Positions 50,025-62,249 of a DNA stretch of 64,000 bases are shown in pieces; positions within the stretch are counted from its first letter, which is position 1; each line of letters starts with the position of its first letter. The position numbers and the translations under genes were made by a program. Location of the stretch: assembly GCA_963724765.1 (NCBI GenBank), contig CAVRVY010000004.1, positions 32,001 through 96,000 on the forward strand, written 5' to 3'. The DNA is from an uncultured delta proteobacterium (GTDB lineage: Bacteria > Desulfobacterota > Binatia > Binatales > Binataceae). Below the pieces are notes generated by a model. The model had not been told where the DNA came from and searched no databases. It worked only from the letters and a program-made list of their open reading frames with translations.

Positions 50025-50129
50025 ACGGCGCGATCAATTATGATGATTATCTGGTTTTAGTGATTACTTTGGAGATTATGCCAAGTAGAAAGGATTGTGG
50101 CCGGAGCGGTCACCCACAGGAGTCGGCGG

Positions 50130-52499
50130 ATGGCGTCGCCAGGCGTGATGCTTAGCCGCGAATTGCAGGTCACGCTGCAATTGGCGATGACCGAGGCGCA
50201 GAGCCGGCGCCACGAATATGTCTGCCTGGAGCACGTGCTCTACGCGATGCTCCATGACTTCACCACCAGCAACGTACTCAAACAGTGCGGCGCGAATATT
50301 GATTCGCTGCGCCGCAAACTGCAGGGCTACCTGGACGACTCGGTCGAACGCCTCGGCCGCGGCGCCGAGGCCACGCCGCGCTACGCCACGGGCGTGCAGC
50401 GCGCGTTGCAGCGCGCGGCACTGCACGCGCAGTCGGCCGGCCGCCAGGAAATAAACGGTCCGGCGGTGCTGATCGCGATGTTCCAGGAACCCGAGTCGTA
50501 CGCGCTCTACTTCCTGCAGGAGGAGGGCGTCACCCGCTTCGACGTGATCAACTTCGTTTCGCACGGTGTTTCCAAAGTTGGCGCCGACGACGACCGGACA
50601 ATACGCGGAGCCCACGAGGGCCACCAGGCCGATAGCGAGGACGAGCACGATCACGAAGAAGGCGAGGGCGACGACGACGAGGACGGTGCTCCGAAACTCT
50701 CCCCTGCGCGCGCGCTCAAGCGTTACGCGATAAACCTGGCCGAGCGCGCTGCCCAGGGAAAGATCGATCCGCTCATCGGGCGCAAGAATGAAATCGAGCG
50801 CGCGGTTCATATCCTGCTGCGCCGGCGCAAGAACAACCCGGTGTTCGTCGGCGAGGCCGGCGTGGGCAAGACCGCGCTCGCCGAGGGGCTGGCGCTCGCG
50901 ATCCATGACAGCCGTGTGCCCGAGGCGCTCAAGGGCGTGGAAATCTTCGCGCTCGACATGGGCGCTCTGCTCGCGGGGACCCGCTTTCGCGGCGATTTCG
51001 AGCAGCGGCTGAAGGCCGTGATCAAGGCCGCGTCGGGCAATCCGAAGATTGTGCTCTTCATCGACGAGATACACACCATCGTGGGCGCCGGCTCGGCGTC
51101 GGGCTCGACGATGGACGCCTCCAACCTGCTCAAGCCGGCGCTCGCCTCGGGCGAGTTGCGCTGCATCGGATCGACGACCTACCAGGAGTACAAGCGTTCG
51201 TTCGATCGCGACAAGGCATTGGGCCGCCGTTTCCAGCGTATCGACGTGCCCGAGCCGACCGTGGAAGAGGCGGTACAGATTCTCAACGGACTCAAGAGCT
51301 ACTACGAAAAGCATCACAACGTGCGCTACACCGCGCCGGCGATTCGCGCTGCGGTCGATCTTTCCTCGCGCTACATCAATGACCGCTACCTGCCCGATAA
51401 GGCGATCGACGTGATGGACGAGGCGGGTGTCGCGGCACGGCTGCGCGCGAGCGGCCCCGACGCGGTGACGGTGGGCGCGCGCGACGCCGAACGCACGGTG
51501 GCGCGGATGGCGCGGATTCCGGAGCGCACGGTGTCCTCCAGCGACCGGGCGCGCCTGCAAAACCTCGAGGACGAGCTGAAGCAGGCGGTTTTTGGACAAG
51601 ACCCGGCGATAGCGGCGGTGGCGCGGGCAATCAAGCTCGCGCGTTCGGGCCTCGCGCATCCCGACCGCCCGGTCGGCGCCTTTCTGTTCGCCGGTCCAAC
51701 CGGCGTGGGCAAAACGGAAGTCGCGCGCCAGCTCGCGAAGGTGATGGGCGTCGAGTTTCTGCGCTTCGACATGAGTGAGTACATGGAGCGCCACACCGTC
51801 TCGCGGCTCATCGGTGCGCCGCCGGGCTACGTCGGTTTTGACCAGGGCGGGCTCCTGACCGACGCGGTCAACAAGAACCCGCACTGCGTGCTGCTGCTCG
51901 ACGAGATCGAGAAGGCCCATCCGGACCTGTTCAGCATCCTGCTGCAGGTGATGGACCATGCGACGCTGACCGACAACAACGGCCGCAAGGCGGACTTCCG
52001 CAACGTGATTATCGTGATGACCACCAACGCCGGCGCGCAGGAGCTGGCGCGCACGATGATCGGATTCGGCACCGACGTCTCGACCGGCAATCCGCGCAGC
52101 GCCATCGACCGGATGTTCAGCCCCGAGTTCCGCAACCGCCTCTCCGCGATTATCGAATTCGCGGGACTTGGCCCCGAGGTAATCGCCCGCGTGGTCGACA
52201 AGTTCGTGGGCGAGCTGGCCGAGCGGCTGGCGGCGCAGAAGGTGAAGCTGGAGGTCTCGGAGGCGGCGAAAAAGTGGCTCGCGCAAAAGGGCTACGATCC
52301 GCGCTTCGGCGCGCGGCCGCTGGGGCGGCTTATCGAGTCCGAGGTTGCGCGCGCGCTCGCCGACCAGGTGTTGTTCGGCGCGCTCAGCAAGGGCGGCGTG
52401 GCGAAGGTCGACCTAGCCGACGACAAGCTGGTGTATAGCTTCGAGGCGAATGCGCCCAAGGCCACGACACCCGCTGCGCCGGCCGAGCCAGTCAGCTAA
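50130..52499 (+). CDS. clpA: ATP-dependent Clp protease ATPase ClpA
   Basis: Two AAA+ modules ([16 protein letters not shown]), no M-domain, follows clpS. Confidence 0.96.
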   Translation: MASPGVMLSRELQVTLQLAMTEAQSRRHEYVCLEHVLYAMLHDFTTSNVLKQCGANIDSLRRKLQGYLDDSVERLGRGAEATPRYATGVQRALQRAALHAQSAGRQEINGPAVLIAMFQEPESYALYFLQEEGVTRFDVINFVSHGVSKVGADDDRTIRGAHEGHQADSEDEHDHEEGEGDDDEDGAPKLSPARALKRYAINLAERAAQGKIDPLIGRKNEIERAVHILLRRRKNNPVFVGEAGVGKTALAEGLALAIHDSRVPEALKGVEIFALDMGALLAGTRFRGDFEQRLKAVIKAASGNPKIVLFIDEIHTIVGAGSASGSTMDASNLLKPALASGELRCIGSTTYQEYKRSFDRDKALGRRFQRIDVPEPTVEEAVQILNGLKSYYEKHHNVRYTAPAIRAAVDLSSRYINDRYLPDKAIDVMDEAGVAARLRASGPDAVTVGARDAERTVARMARIPERTVSSSDRARLQNLEDELKQAVFGQDPAIAAVARAIKLARSGLAHPDRPVGAFLFAGPTGVGKTEVARQLAKVMGVEFLRFDMSEYMERHTVSRLIGAPPGYVGFDQGGLLTDAVNKNPHCVLLLDEIEKAHPDLFSILLQVMDHATLTDNNGRKADFRNVIIVMTTNAGAQELARTMIGFGTDVSTGNPRSAIDRMFSPEFRNRLSAIIEFAGLGPEVIARVVDKFVGELAERLAAQKVKLEVSEAAKKWLAQKGYDPRFGARPLGRLIESEVARALADQVLFGALSKGGVAKVDLADDKLVYSFEANAPKATTPAAPAEPVS

Positions 52500-52501
52500 G
52501 G

Positions 52502-54175
52502 CTAAACGCGCACGCTGCGCAGGTCAGCGGCCTTAGCGATCACCGTGTCATGCAGCCACTTGGCGTCGTCGCGCTCGGGATAGTCGATAGTGTAGTGCAG
52601 CCCGCGCGACTCCTTGCGCGCCGTCGCCGAGCGCACCACGAGTTCGGCGACCTCGACCAGGTTGCGCAACTCGATCAGGTCGGAGTCGATCAGATGATCC
52701 CAGTAGTAGCCGTAGACCTCCTGTTTGATTAGCTGAAGGCGGCGCGCCGCGCGCCCCAGGCGCCGGTCACTGCGCACGATCCCGACGTAGTTCCACATCA
52801 GGCGGCGAATCTCGTCCCAGCTCTGAGTTATCAGCACGCGCTCCTCGCTGCGCATCGCGCGCCCGGGATCCCATCCGCGAAAGTCCGGCGAACGCCGACC
52901 TCCGGCGGCGGCATCTTCGCGCGCCGCAACCGCCGCGCGCCGGCCCATCACGGCCGCTTCGAGCAGCGAGTTCGACGCGAGCCGATTCGCGCCGTGCAGC
53001 CCGGTCATCGCGGTTTCACCGGCCGCGTATAGCTGCGCGATCGCAGTGCGCGAGCTGAGGTCGGTCACCAGCCCTCCGCACATGTAGTGCGCAGCCGGCA
53101 CTACCGGAATCGGCGCGCGAGTCAGGTCAAAACCAAAGCTCAAGCATCGGTTGAAGATATTTGGAAAGCGGCTGCGGACGAAATCGGCCGGTCGATGGCT
53201 GATGTCGAGCAGCACGAAGTCCAGCCCGTGGCGTTTCATCTCGGAATCGATCGCGCGGGCAACCACGTCGCGCGGTGCGAGTTCGCCGTCGGGATGGTAG
53301 CCCTTCATGAAGGGCGTACCGTCGGGCAGCCGCAGGATCGCGCCCTCGCCGCGCAATGCTTCGGAGATGAGAAACGACTTGGCGGCCGGATGGTAGAGGC
53401 AGGTCGGATGGAACTGGATGAATTCCATGTTGGCGACCGGCGCGCCCGCCCGATACCCCATCGCGACACCGTCGCCCGAGGCGATGTCGGGATTGGTGGT
53501 GTAGAGATAGACCTTGCCCGCGCCGCCCGTGGCGAGCAGCGTGGCGCGCGCGACGAATTTGTCGACCGCGCCGCTCGCGCGGTCGAGCACGTACGCGCCC
53601 CAGCATCGCGCGCCGCCGTCGCGCTCCGCGCCTGGCTCGATCAATAGATTGACCGCGATTTTGTTCTCGAGCACGCGAATGTTGCGCCGCGCGGCGGCGG
53701 CCTCGCCCAGCGCGCGCATGATTTCGCGTCCAGTCAGGTCCTGCGCATGGAGCACGCGACGATGGCTGTGGCCGCCCTCGCGGCCGAGATCGTATTCGTC
53801 CTCGCCGCCTTCCTCGAGCCGGGTGAAGCGCGTGCCGAGCGCGATAAGCTCGCGCACCGCCTCGGGGCCGTCGCGCACGATCGTTTCAACCGCGCGCCGG
53901 TTGCACAGGCCGGCGCCGGCCCGCAGCGTGTCGTCGACGTGCGACTCGAACGAGTCGTCAACGCTCCACACGCTGGCGATTCCGCCCTGCGCGTAGGCGG
54001 TGTTGGCCTCGTTGCTCGCGGCCTTGGTCAGCACCGTGACGGTGCCGGTCTCAGCCGCTTTGATCGCGAAGACCAGTCCCGCGATACCGCCGCCGATAAC
54101 CAGGTAGTCGCTCTCGAAGGTGCCGCTGCTGGGCCGAGTTATAACATCAGTCATCTCAGCAATCTCATCAGTCAT
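52502..54175 (-). CDS. nadB: L-aspartate oxidase
   Basis: AQGGIA, EGGHS, QFHPT, AHYMCGG, HGANRLASNSLLE. Confidence 0.95.
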   Translation of the reverse strand: MTDEIAEMTDVITRPSSGTFESDYLVIGGGIAGLVFAIKAAETGTVTVLTKAASNEANTAYAQGGIASVWSVDDSFESHVDDTLRAGAGLCNRRAVETIVRDGPEAVRELIALGTRFTRLEEGGEDEYDLGREGGHSHRRVLHAQDLTGREIMRALGEAAAARRNIRVLENKIAVNLLIEPGAERDGGARCWGAYVLDRASGAVDKFVARATLLATGGAGKVYLYTTNPDIASGDGVAMGYRAGAPVANMEFIQFHPTCLYHPAAKSFLISEALRGEGAILRLPDGTPFMKGYHPDGELAPRDVVARAIDSEMKRHGLDFVLLDISHRPADFVRSRFPNIFNRCLSFGFDLTRAPIPVVPAAHYMCGGLVTDLSSRTAIAQLYAAGETAMTGLHGANRLASNSLLEAAVMGRRAAVAAREDAAAGGRRSPDFRGWDPGRAMRSEERVLITQSWDEIRRLMWNYVGIVRSDRRLGRAARRLQLIKQEVYGYYWDHLIDSDLIELRNLVEVAELVVRSATARKESRGLHYTIDYPERDDAKWLHDTVIAKAADLRSVRV

Positions 54176-54471
54176 GGCGTGAGACCGGCGACAGCGGAGT
54201 CATCGAGTCCGAGCGCGATTCGCGAAGCGGGGAGCGCGATGGACTCCGTGAAATGACTGTCGCAGTGGAGCAAACCGACCATGTCTGACCGTACGCGAGG
54301 CAAACGCGGCCCGTCAAGTTTGGAGCGTGATGCGGGCTTGGTGGCGCATCAAACCGGACTCGATTGCCTCTCTTATTGGATTGCCATACCCTTGTGACAG
54401 AAGGCCTGTCGTTGTATCGAGGCGCCGAGGGCACAATAGAGGAAGTGGGGTAGGGGCCGCTCGCCCGCATC

Positions 54472-55056
54472 ATGGAGCTTACCGCACCCAATCTGCTGAC
54501 CCTGATGCGCATCGCGCTGGTGCCGGTGCTGGTGTGGCTGCTGATGTATACCGGGCCGGGGCCGTCGGCGGTGGCGGCCGGGGTCTTTTTCGTCGCCACC
54601 CTGAGCGACTTCTTCGACGGCTATATCGCGCGCAGTTACGGCTCGGGCACCACGCTGGGCAAGTTCCTCGATCCGCTGGCGGACAAGCTGGTGGTGGCCT
54701 CCGCGTTGATCATGCTGGCCGCGATGCAGCGTTTCCCGCGGGTGCCGGCCTGGATAGTGGTGGTGCTGGTGACACGCGAATTCGCGGTCACGGGGTTGCG
54801 CGCGATGGCGGCGGCGGACGGCCAGGTGATGGCCGCCGAGGAACTGGGCAAGTACAAGATGGTGCTCCAGTCGATCGCGATCCAGGGGCTGTTGATCAAC
54901 TACGTTTATTTCCACGTGGATTTTTTCGCAGCCGGGATGTTCGTGTTATGGATCGCGATGGCGGTGACCGTGTGGTCCGGGTTGGATTACTATTTGAGGG
55001 CGCGGACGGTGCTTGGCGCGCGGATGGATGCACCGACGCGGCGAGCGGCGGTTTGA
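54472..55056 (+). CDS. pgsA: CDP-diacylglycerol--glycerol-3-phosphate 3-phosphatidyltransferase
   Basis: PNLLTLMR, DFFDGYIAR...GKFLDPLADK; upstream of tRNA-Gly. Confidence 0.93.
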   Translation: MELTAPNLLTLMRIALVPVLVWLLMYTGPGPSAVAAGVFFVATLSDFFDGYIARSYGSGTTLGKFLDPLADKLVVASALIMLAAMQRFPRVPAWIVVVLVTREFAVTGLRAMAAADGQVMAAEELGKYKMVLQSIAIQGLLINYVYFHVDFFAAGMFVLWIAMAVTVWSGLDYYLRARTVLGARMDAPTRRAAV

Positions 55057-55114
55057 CAAGCCGCCCGCGGGCGGATAAATCGATCTATCCGGCCGCGCGA
55101 CGAAAAGCCTGGGG

Positions 55115-55190
55115 GCGGGTGTAGCTCAGTTGGTAGAGCGTGTGCTTGCCAAGCACAAGGTCGTCGGTTCGAAACCGATCACCCGCTCCA
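55115..55190 (+). tRNA. tRNA-Gly(GCC)
   Basis: Canonical cloverleaf, TTGCCAA loop, CCA end. Confidence 0.97.
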
Positions 55191-55571
55191 GTTTAAACCT
55201 TTCGCAAATCTACGCAGTCAGCGGCCAGTTGCGAAAATCGCAACATTCGCCTCGTCGCGCATAACCCATCCGTCACCCAAATTCGGCGGCGCAGAGGAGT
55301 ATAGCGGCGAGTCGCCGTGGACTGCCGAACGACGAACGAATACACGGACGCCCGAATCGGCGTCGGCGGATGCGCTCGCGGAAACTCACAAGGCTAGGCT
55401 CACGCCGACGCCTTGAGTGATCCCGCGCGACCTTCTCAACAGCCACGGAAGGTCGAGCGGGAAACTGTATTTATAGAGGGCGAAGGGGGCTAGGGAGTAT
55501 TGCGTCCGCGGCGTGCCACCTACGTGGCGCGTGCGGCGCACGACGTACCGACCAAACCTTTTCAATTCTTT

Positions 55572-56111
55572 TTACGGTTGAGTTAGGTCCAGAAGCTTTT
55601 GGAGTATCGGCTCTAAATTTGCGCGAACGAGAAGCGTTTTCCCATGCCATTCCACATCTTCGAAGGAATATTCCCCTATGCGCCAAGATGAGTAGTTAGT
55701 GGACCAAGCCAGATCGCTTCAATTCGCGTCTTTTTCCTGCCTTTCGATTTCGTATTGTTCGGACCATACGAGGAGCGTCCCCCCGTTATCTTTCAACCTG
55801 TGGACACTTATATATCCGCGGCGATCAGGCACGTCGTAGCCTGACGGTAGAAACTCAACGGCGAGTCCCTCAGGCTCGGAGAGTTCTAACTTCCCGATTT
55901 CGTAGTCCGCGCCGGTTTTTGCGCTGTTCCGGCGAATTGTCGAGCGACGTACCTCCAAAAGCCCGCCTGCGATGAGGTCAGAAAACTCTTTTTGGATCGT
56001 GTTCAGGAGTACATCCACCGCAGCAATCCACTTAGCCAGAAAGATAGACTCCTCGCGTCGGGCGGTCTCGCGTGCTTTCCTACGCGTCAAAATGTCATCT
56101 CTGAGGTTCAT
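55572..56111 (-). pseudogene. Lower-GC hypothetical gene with internal TGA at 55719-55721
   Basis: Frame stays open for 48 more protein-like codons after the TGA. Confidence 0.45.
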
Positions 56112-56597
56112 CCCTTGTTCTCGGGAGCACGATCTTTCGGCGCGCCATGATCGAAACACACCGGCACGTTTTGGTTCTGAAACCCGCGTGCTAAGTTTTC
56201 GCAGCCCTGAGCGGAACAAAGTGCGACCAGAAGTGGAGGGGTATCAAAGTACTCGATGAGTCTCACTCTGTCCGCGATAGCTTGTGCACCTACGCGTATT
56301 GCCATACAGTCTGCTCCTTCAAACGAACGTCCCATCACGCGCGCCGCGCGCCTGAAGCTCTAGCGCGACCGCCCGCGGCGTACCGTTCGTACTCTGCTAA
56401 ATACGCAGCTTCCTTCTCCGAGTTGGGCATAAACGTCCCGTCGAAATATCGCCACGCGCTCTTTGCCCGAGCGATACCGCCCGCGCGGCCGCGAGGCAGA
56501 GATGGAAAAGGCGTACGCGTTGCTTCAGTGATCGCTCGATCGCCGCAGCGATGGCAGATGCCGCCTGAGCGGCAGCGGCGGTGCCTATCTGGTCGAT

Positions 56598-57056
56598 TCA
56601 CGGCATCGCGGGCGGCGCCTGACCTTCGTGATACGAAACATCAAACATGGTGCCGCGGGCGGAAGCGACGGCGTTGGGAGTGTGAACCTCGAAGTTGGGC
56701 GAGCTTCCTGGGCCAAAGTGAACGAGGCTGCGGACCAGTCCGCTTAGCAAAGTGATCTTGGTACTCGCCCGTGATCCGTCCGGATTGAGAACATATTCGG
56801 TTAGTACAAGAGTGCTCGACTCGTTCAATTCCAATTGGCTGCCGTCGCTGAGACTGATCGTCATGCGGCTGTTGGGCCCGGTCGTAAGCTTATCACCGAC
56901 CAGAAGACCGGTGCCGGAGGCGGCCTGAATCGATTTGCCAGCACGCTCGATCGTGACCGTGCCGGTGACCACGCTGACCGAACCAGCGGAGGTCTGCGCC
57001 CACGCGTGAGGCGCAAGTATCAGCAGGGCTATTACAATGAAGGTCGCTAATCTCAT
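56598..57056 (-). CDS. Secreted FecR-domain protein
   Basis: Signal peptide; GDKLTTG, LSDGS, TPNAVASARGTMF. Confidence 0.85.
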   Translation of the reverse strand: MRLATFIVIALLILAPHAWAQTSAGSVSVVTGTVTIERAGKSIQAASGTGLLVGDKLTTGPNSRMTISLSDGSQLELNESSTLVLTEYVLNPDGSRASTKITLLSGLVRSLVHFGPGSSPNFEVHTPNAVASARGTMFDVSYHEGQAPPAMP

Positions 57057-57599
57057 TTTTTCACCCCGTTTCTTCGCTCTCCTTACTTGAGCGTACAGCC
57101 TACTCTTAGCGATATAAGGTGTCTACAGATAAAAATAGGGCAATCTCAGCGCACCGTGGGGTTCCTTTTCCAGTGCAATCTTTCACGCCGAGCGCTTAAC
57201 CGCCGATGTGGATTTGCTGACCCAGGAGTTTCCGCAGACTACCCTCAGGGTAATTGTAGACGGCGGTCACATCCGCAAGGTGGAGATCCGAGGCAGATTT
57301 CATGCTCTCTCCCGCTGGTCAGGTGCTCGCACATCTGTCCTCAAGACCTACAGAGCGCTTCTTCTCGCTCGCCCCGCCGCCAGGTCACAACCGCATGAAT
57401 TCGGCGCCGTTGCGAGAGTTCCGACGCATGTGCAGCATCGCGCAACCGTATTCCGTTATTCTTCGCTGACCGCATCGGATCGCAGAAACCTACTTTGCGC
57501 TCGCCCAAGCCCTGCAAATTGCCTACTATTGCTTACGATCTGCCTTGGGGGGATCTCGAGGGCTAATACTCTCGTCAAAAAAACGACAGGAGGAAACTT

Positions 57600-57884
57600 G
57601 TGAAGCGAACTATCGGTATTTTGATGGGGACATTGATGGTCGGCGCCACGCTTGCGCTGCCTGTAGTTTCATTTGCACAGACGTCCACGGAACTCCAACG
57701 GCAGCGGCGGAACAACTTTCCGGTTATGCATGGAGCAATCCAGCAATTGGAGCAAGCGAAGGCAGCACTTGTACACGATGCGGCCGGCGATTTCGCGGGT
57801 CACAAGCAAAATGCGATCAATCACATCGACGCTGCCATCCAGGAGCTGAAGCTCGGTATCCAGGCGGATCGCGCGCACCACTGA
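57600..57884 (+). CDS. Small secreted His-containing helical protein
   Basis: AGGAGG RBS, signal peptide, DFAGHK...AINHID. Confidence 0.75.
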   Translation: MKRTIGILMGTLMVGATLALPVVSFAQTSTELQRQRRNNFPVMHGAIQQLEQAKAALVHDAAGDFAGHKQNAINHIDAAIQELKLGIQADRAHH

Positions 57885-58231
57885 GCCGCAGTTCCGATTC
57901 GCCGAGCCGTTGTCTTCGGCCGCTGGCGCGAAAACCTGACATCTCATAAGCGGGCGGCGCCAGCCGGGATTTTCCGGCTGGCGCCGCACGACCTCCCGTC
58001 CTTCCGCATCTTTCCACCACCGAGGCGAGTTCCGCTGCCGCCCTGGCGGCGTGCCGATGGCGCGGATCGAGCCCGCTGCCGCCCGCCACGATTTCGCGTA
58101 ATATAAAGTCGACAGGTTCGGAGAACCACACAGCCGCGACTGTTTCGTCGGGTAAAACGGCCACGTCCGGAGTCACCGCCGCGGACTACGGATCCCGGCC
58201 GCCGGATCAGTCATTCGAGTGAGGCGCAAAA

Positions 58232-58696
58232 ATGATCCGCTTGAAAGTCAATGGTGTCGAGCGTTCGTTCGACGACGACCCCACGATGCCGCTGCTTTGG
58301 TACCTGCGCGACGAACTGGCGTTAACGGGCACCAAGTTCGGTTGCGGGATGTCGTTGTGCGGAGCCTGCACGGTGCATCTCAATGGAAAGGCGGTTCGCT
58401 CCTGCGTGACACCGATGCGTCAGCTCGAAAATGCCGAGGTCATCACCATCGAGGGAATCTCCGCGAAAGGACCGCATCCCGTCCAGCGGGCTTGGATGCG
58501 GCTCAATGTTCCGCAATGCGGCTACTGTCAGTCGGGGCAGATCATGTCGGCGGTGGCGCTGCTCAACTCCAATCGCAGTCCCAGCGATGAACAGATCGAC
58601 GAGGCGATGTCGGGCAACATCTGCCGCTGCGGGACCTATCAGCGAATTCGCGCGGCGATAAAAGCCGCCGCGGAGGCCTCGCGTGAGCACGATTGA
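58232..58696 (+). CDS. 2Fe-2S subunit, isoquinoline 1-oxidoreductase alpha-like
   Basis: [25 protein letters not shown]. Confidence 0.93.
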   Translation: MIRLKVNGVERSFDDDPTMPLLWYLRDELALTGTKFGCGMSLCGACTVHLNGKAVRSCVTPMRQLENAEVITIEGISAKGPHPVQRAWMRLNVPQCGYCQSGQIMSAVALLNSNRSPSDEQIDEAMSGNICRCGTYQRIRAAIKAAAEASREHD

Positions 58697-60980
58697 CCAT
58701 CGCGTGAATATGATCGAGCGCACGATCGAGAACGTCAGCCGGCGCGGCTTCCTTAAAGGCGTGCTCTCAACCGGCGCGCTCATCCTGAGCGTGCATCTTC
58801 TTCCACGTGGCGCGAGCGCGGCGGCGCCCATCTCCATCGGCATGACGCACGCCGACCGCGCCACGCTGCATCCCAGTGCATTCGTCGGCGTGGATTCCGA
58901 CGGCACGGTTTATATTGTGGCTCATCGCTCCGAGATGGGCACGGGCATCCGTACCTCGCTGCCTCTGGTGGTCGCCGATGAGTTGGACGCCGATTGGAAG
59001 CTGGTGAAGGTGGAACAGGCGATCGGCGACTGGCGCTACGGCGGACAGGACACTGACGGTTCGCACTCGATCCGCGATTTCTTCGACGTGATGCGCCAGG
59101 CGGGTGGGGCCGCGCGTATGATGCTGATCGAGGCAGCCGCCGCGCGATGGAAGGTGCGTCCGGGCGAATGCGAAACTGGCCTTCATGAGGTGATACATCG
59201 TCCGACCGGCCGCAAGCTCGGCTATGGAGCGCTGGCCACGGCCGCGTCGAAGCTTCCCGTGCCGCGCAAGGAAGCGCTCAGGCTTAAGAGCAAGAGTCAA
59301 TGGCGTTACATCGGCAAGGGACATCCGAGCTACGATCTGACCGCGATTTGTGCGGGGCAAGCCATTTACGGAATGGACGCCCGCGTGGACGGAATGGTCT
59401 ACGCGGCGGTGATGCATCCGCCGGTGTTAGGCGGCAAAGTCAAATCCTATGACGACAAGGAGACGCTGAAGGTAAAAGGTGTGCGCCAGGTCGTCGCGAT
59501 CGAGCCGTTCAAGCCGCCAGCCGCGTTTCAGCCGCTGGGCGGCGTCGCTGTGATCGCCGACAACACTTGGGCGGCGTTCCAGGGCCGCAAGAAGCTCGCC
59601 GTGGTGTGGGACAATGGTCCCAACGTGGTTTACAACTCGGCTCAGTACAAGGAGGAACTGTTCGAGACGGTGCGCGCGCCGGGCAAGGTCGCGCGCAATG
59701 CGGGTGACGTCGACGCCGAGTTCAAAAAAGGCGGCCGGGTGATCGAGGCCGAGTACTACATACCGCATTTGGCGCATGCTCCGATGGAGCCGCCGGTGGC
59801 GCTGGCGGAATATCGCGACGGCAAGGTGACGGCATGGACCTGCACGCAAAATCCGCAGGCCGTGCAGGACACCGTGGCCGAGCAGTTGAAGATTCCGCGC
59901 GACAACGTGATTTGCCACGTCACCCTGCTCGGCGGAGGATTCGGGCGCAAGTCGAAGCCCGACTACGTGGCGGAAGCCGCGGTACTGTCGAAGAAAGTCG
60001 GCCACCCGGTGAAAGTGGTATGGAGCCGCGAAGACGATATCAAGTTCGGCTACTACCACACGGTGTCCGCCATGTATATGAAGGCCGTGCTCGACGCCCG
60101 CGGCAAGCCTGCCGCATGGCTGCAACGCTCGGTGTTTCCGCCCATCGCGTCCACGTTCAAAGTGGGTGAGCGCTATGGCGACGCCGGCGATCTCAGCCTC
60201 GGATGGACCGACATCCCGTACGACATTTCCAACCTGCGCGTCGAAAACGGCCCGGCGGAGGCCTACGTGCGGATCGGATGGTTGAGGTCGGTCGGGAATA
60301 TCTATCACGCCTTCGCCATCCAGTCGTTCTCCGACGAGCTGGCGCACGCGGCCGGCCGAGACCCCGTTGACTATTTGCTGGAGTTGATTGGACCGCCGCG
60401 AATTGTCGATCTGAAAGGTACTGACTATCCGAACTACAACGCATCGTATACTGCCTATCCGATCGATACCGGCCGTTTACGCCGCGTGGTCCAGATAGCC
60501 GCCGAGAAAGCGGGCTGGAGTAAACGCAAGACCGGCAACGGGACCGGGATGGGTATCGCCGTGCATCGGAGCTTTCTCACTTACGTGGCGACGGTGGTCG
60601 AAGTCGAGGTCGACGGCCACGGCAAACTCAAAATCCCGCGCGTGCATACGGCGGTCGATGCGGGACTGATCACCAATCCGGAATTCGCCCGCGCCCAGTT
60701 CGAAGGTGCAGCCGTGTTCGGCGCGAGCCTCGCGCGCAGCGGCGAAATCACGGCGACCAATGGCGCAATCGATCAATCCAATTTCTATGATTACCCCGTT
60801 GCCCGCATGCCGGAGGCGCCGCAGCATACCGACGTCTACCTGGTCGAGAGCGACGCCCCGCCGGCGGGTATCGGCGAGCCCGGTGTTCCGCCGTTCGCGC
60901 CGGCGCTGTGCAATGCGCTATTCGCGGCGACCGGCAAACGGGTGCGCGAGCTTCCGCTCAGCAAGCATCAGATCACCTGA
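58683..60980 (+). CDS. Molybdopterin-binding subunit, isoquinoline 1-oxidoreductase beta-like, Tat-exported
   Basis: SRRGFLK, EMGTG, GGGFGRK, GIGEPG. Confidence 0.92.
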   Translation: MSTIDHRVNMIERTIENVSRRGFLKGVLSTGALILSVHLLPRGASAAAPISIGMTHADRATLHPSAFVGVDSDGTVYIVAHRSEMGTGIRTSLPLVVADELDADWKLVKVEQAIGDWRYGGQDTDGSHSIRDFFDVMRQAGGAARMMLIEAAAARWKVRPGECETGLHEVIHRPTGRKLGYGALATAASKLPVPRKEALRLKSKSQWRYIGKGHPSYDLTAICAGQAIYGMDARVDGMVYAAVMHPPVLGGKVKSYDDKETLKVKGVRQVVAIEPFKPPAAFQPLGGVAVIADNTWAAFQGRKKLAVVWDNGPNVVYNSAQYKEELFETVRAPGKVARNAGDVDAEFKKGGRVIEAEYYIPHLAHAPMEPPVALAEYRDGKVTAWTCTQNPQAVQDTVAEQLKIPRDNVICHVTLLGGGFGRKSKPDYVAEAAVLSKKVGHPVKVVWSREDDIKFGYYHTVSAMYMKAVLDARGKPAAWLQRSVFPPIASTFKVGERYGDAGDLSLGWTDIPYDISNLRVENGPAEAYVRIGWLRSVGNIYHAFAIQSFSDELAHAAGRDPVDYLLELIGPPRIVDLKGTDYPNYNASYTAYPIDTGRLRRVVQIAAEKAGWSKRKTGNGTGMGIAVHRSFLTYVATVVEVEVDGHGKLKIPRVHTAVDAGLITNPEFARAQFEGAAVFGASLARSGEITATNGAIDQSNFYDYPVARMPEAPQHTDVYLVESDAPPAGIGEPGVPPFAPALCNALFAATGKRVRELPLSKHQIT

Positions 60981-61007
60981 CGGGCGCGCGCTTGCTGCGC
61001 CGTATGA

Positions 61008-62135
61008 CTAGGCGACGGCCGGCGAGGCCGAGCGAATGTACTGGTAGCGGGCCTTGAGCCGCAGGAACGGCGTCTCGAACCAGCGGTAGGAAATGGCCGA
61101 AATAACGATCGTCGCGCCGAGGCTGAGCGGTGGGCAGATCGACCATCTGAGCCATCCGGGCGCCGAGGCGAAAATAGCCAGCGTCATCAGGATCGCAGCC
61201 CCATGATAGACGTAAAGTCCGTATGAAATCCGCCCAAGATAGATAAGTCGCGGATTGTCCATCCACGAGCCCGCGCCAATCGCCGCAAGTGTAAATGCGC
61301 CGCATCCGATCGCTACCGCGGGAAAAGCTACTATAAAGTCGATTGGAGCCGGAGTACTCGAGTGGTAGAGGCAAAATCCGGCGAACGCCCAGAGATCGGC
61401 ACCGATGATGACGAGTTTTCGACGCGAGATTCTCAGCTTTGGCTCCGTTGATCCGCCGAGAAACGACGATAGCAGCATGCCGCATGCGATCGGGTCGAGC
61501 CGGCAAAACGTACCGATCTCAATCAAGTGAACTGAGAATCCTTCCCGGATCATCAGCCATCGGCTGCAGATAGAGAACAGCCAGATTACGATCCCCGCAA
61601 TGGCGACTCCACGGCGCGAAAGATATCGCGCGATCAATGGCCACGTGATGTAGAACTGTTCTTCAACGCAGACGCTCCACAGCGGAACCATCGCCAGACC
61701 GGGTGTGAGCCCGATCACAGCCAACGCGAAATTCCCGATGAACACCGCGAAACAAGCGAAGAACTTCCATCCGATCTGAAGTACAGGAAAGAGCCTTGAA
61801 GCGACAAAGAACGCAGCGATGAATCCGAAGTACAGCGGCCAGATTCTCAAGATGCGCCGCACGTAAAACGCACGTACGTCAAGCCGTCCGAACCGCTCCT
61901 TCTCGCGCATCAGCAGTTCAGTGATTAGATACGCGCTCAGCGTGAAAAACAGGTCCACCCCGAAACCGCCAATGTTGGACAGCACGTTTCCATATCCCAT
62001 TTCGTGAACAATGTGGCAGACGAAGACTCCGAAAAAGGCGAAGAAACGGAGGCTATCCAGTTCGGGAAGGTAGAAGCGCGCGGCTTCCGGCTGTGATTGC
62101 GGAGCTTCTAAATGCTCTGTAAGCGCACTAACCAC
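61008..62135 (-). CDS. Acyltransferase family 3 (OafA-like)
   Basis: LDSLRF, VDLFFTLS, RRILRIWP, WSVCVEEQFY, SYGLYVYH. Confidence 0.92.
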   Translation of the reverse strand: MVSALTEHLEAPQSQPEAARFYLPELDSLRFFAFFGVFVCHIVHEMGYGNVLSNIGGFGVDLFFTLSAYLITELLMREKERFGRLDVRAFYVRRILRIWPLYFGFIAAFFVASRLFPVLQIGWKFFACFAVFIGNFALAVIGLTPGLAMVPLWSVCVEEQFYITWPLIARYLSRRGVAIAGIVIWLFSICSRWLMIREGFSVHLIEIGTFCRLDPIACGMLLSSFLGGSTEPKLRISRRKLVIIGADLWAFAGFCLYHSSTPAPIDFIVAFPAVAIGCGAFTLAAIGAGSWMDNPRLIYLGRISYGLYVYHGAAILMTLAIFASAPGWLRWSICPPLSLGATIVISAISYRWFETPFLRLKARYQYIRSASPAVA

Positions 62136-62249
62136 AGCTTGCAGTGTTACAGTTGGATACGGCTAGGCGCAACCGCCTTTGCGTCCACCTTGGATTGAGC
62201 AGCCGTTAAGCTTCCGACCCCGGCATCCGAAGCAACACGGAAAAAGAGC

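Noticed and set aside
55191-58200. Intact island at tRNA-Gly
   Set aside because: No integrase or duplicated tRNA 3' end found by eye
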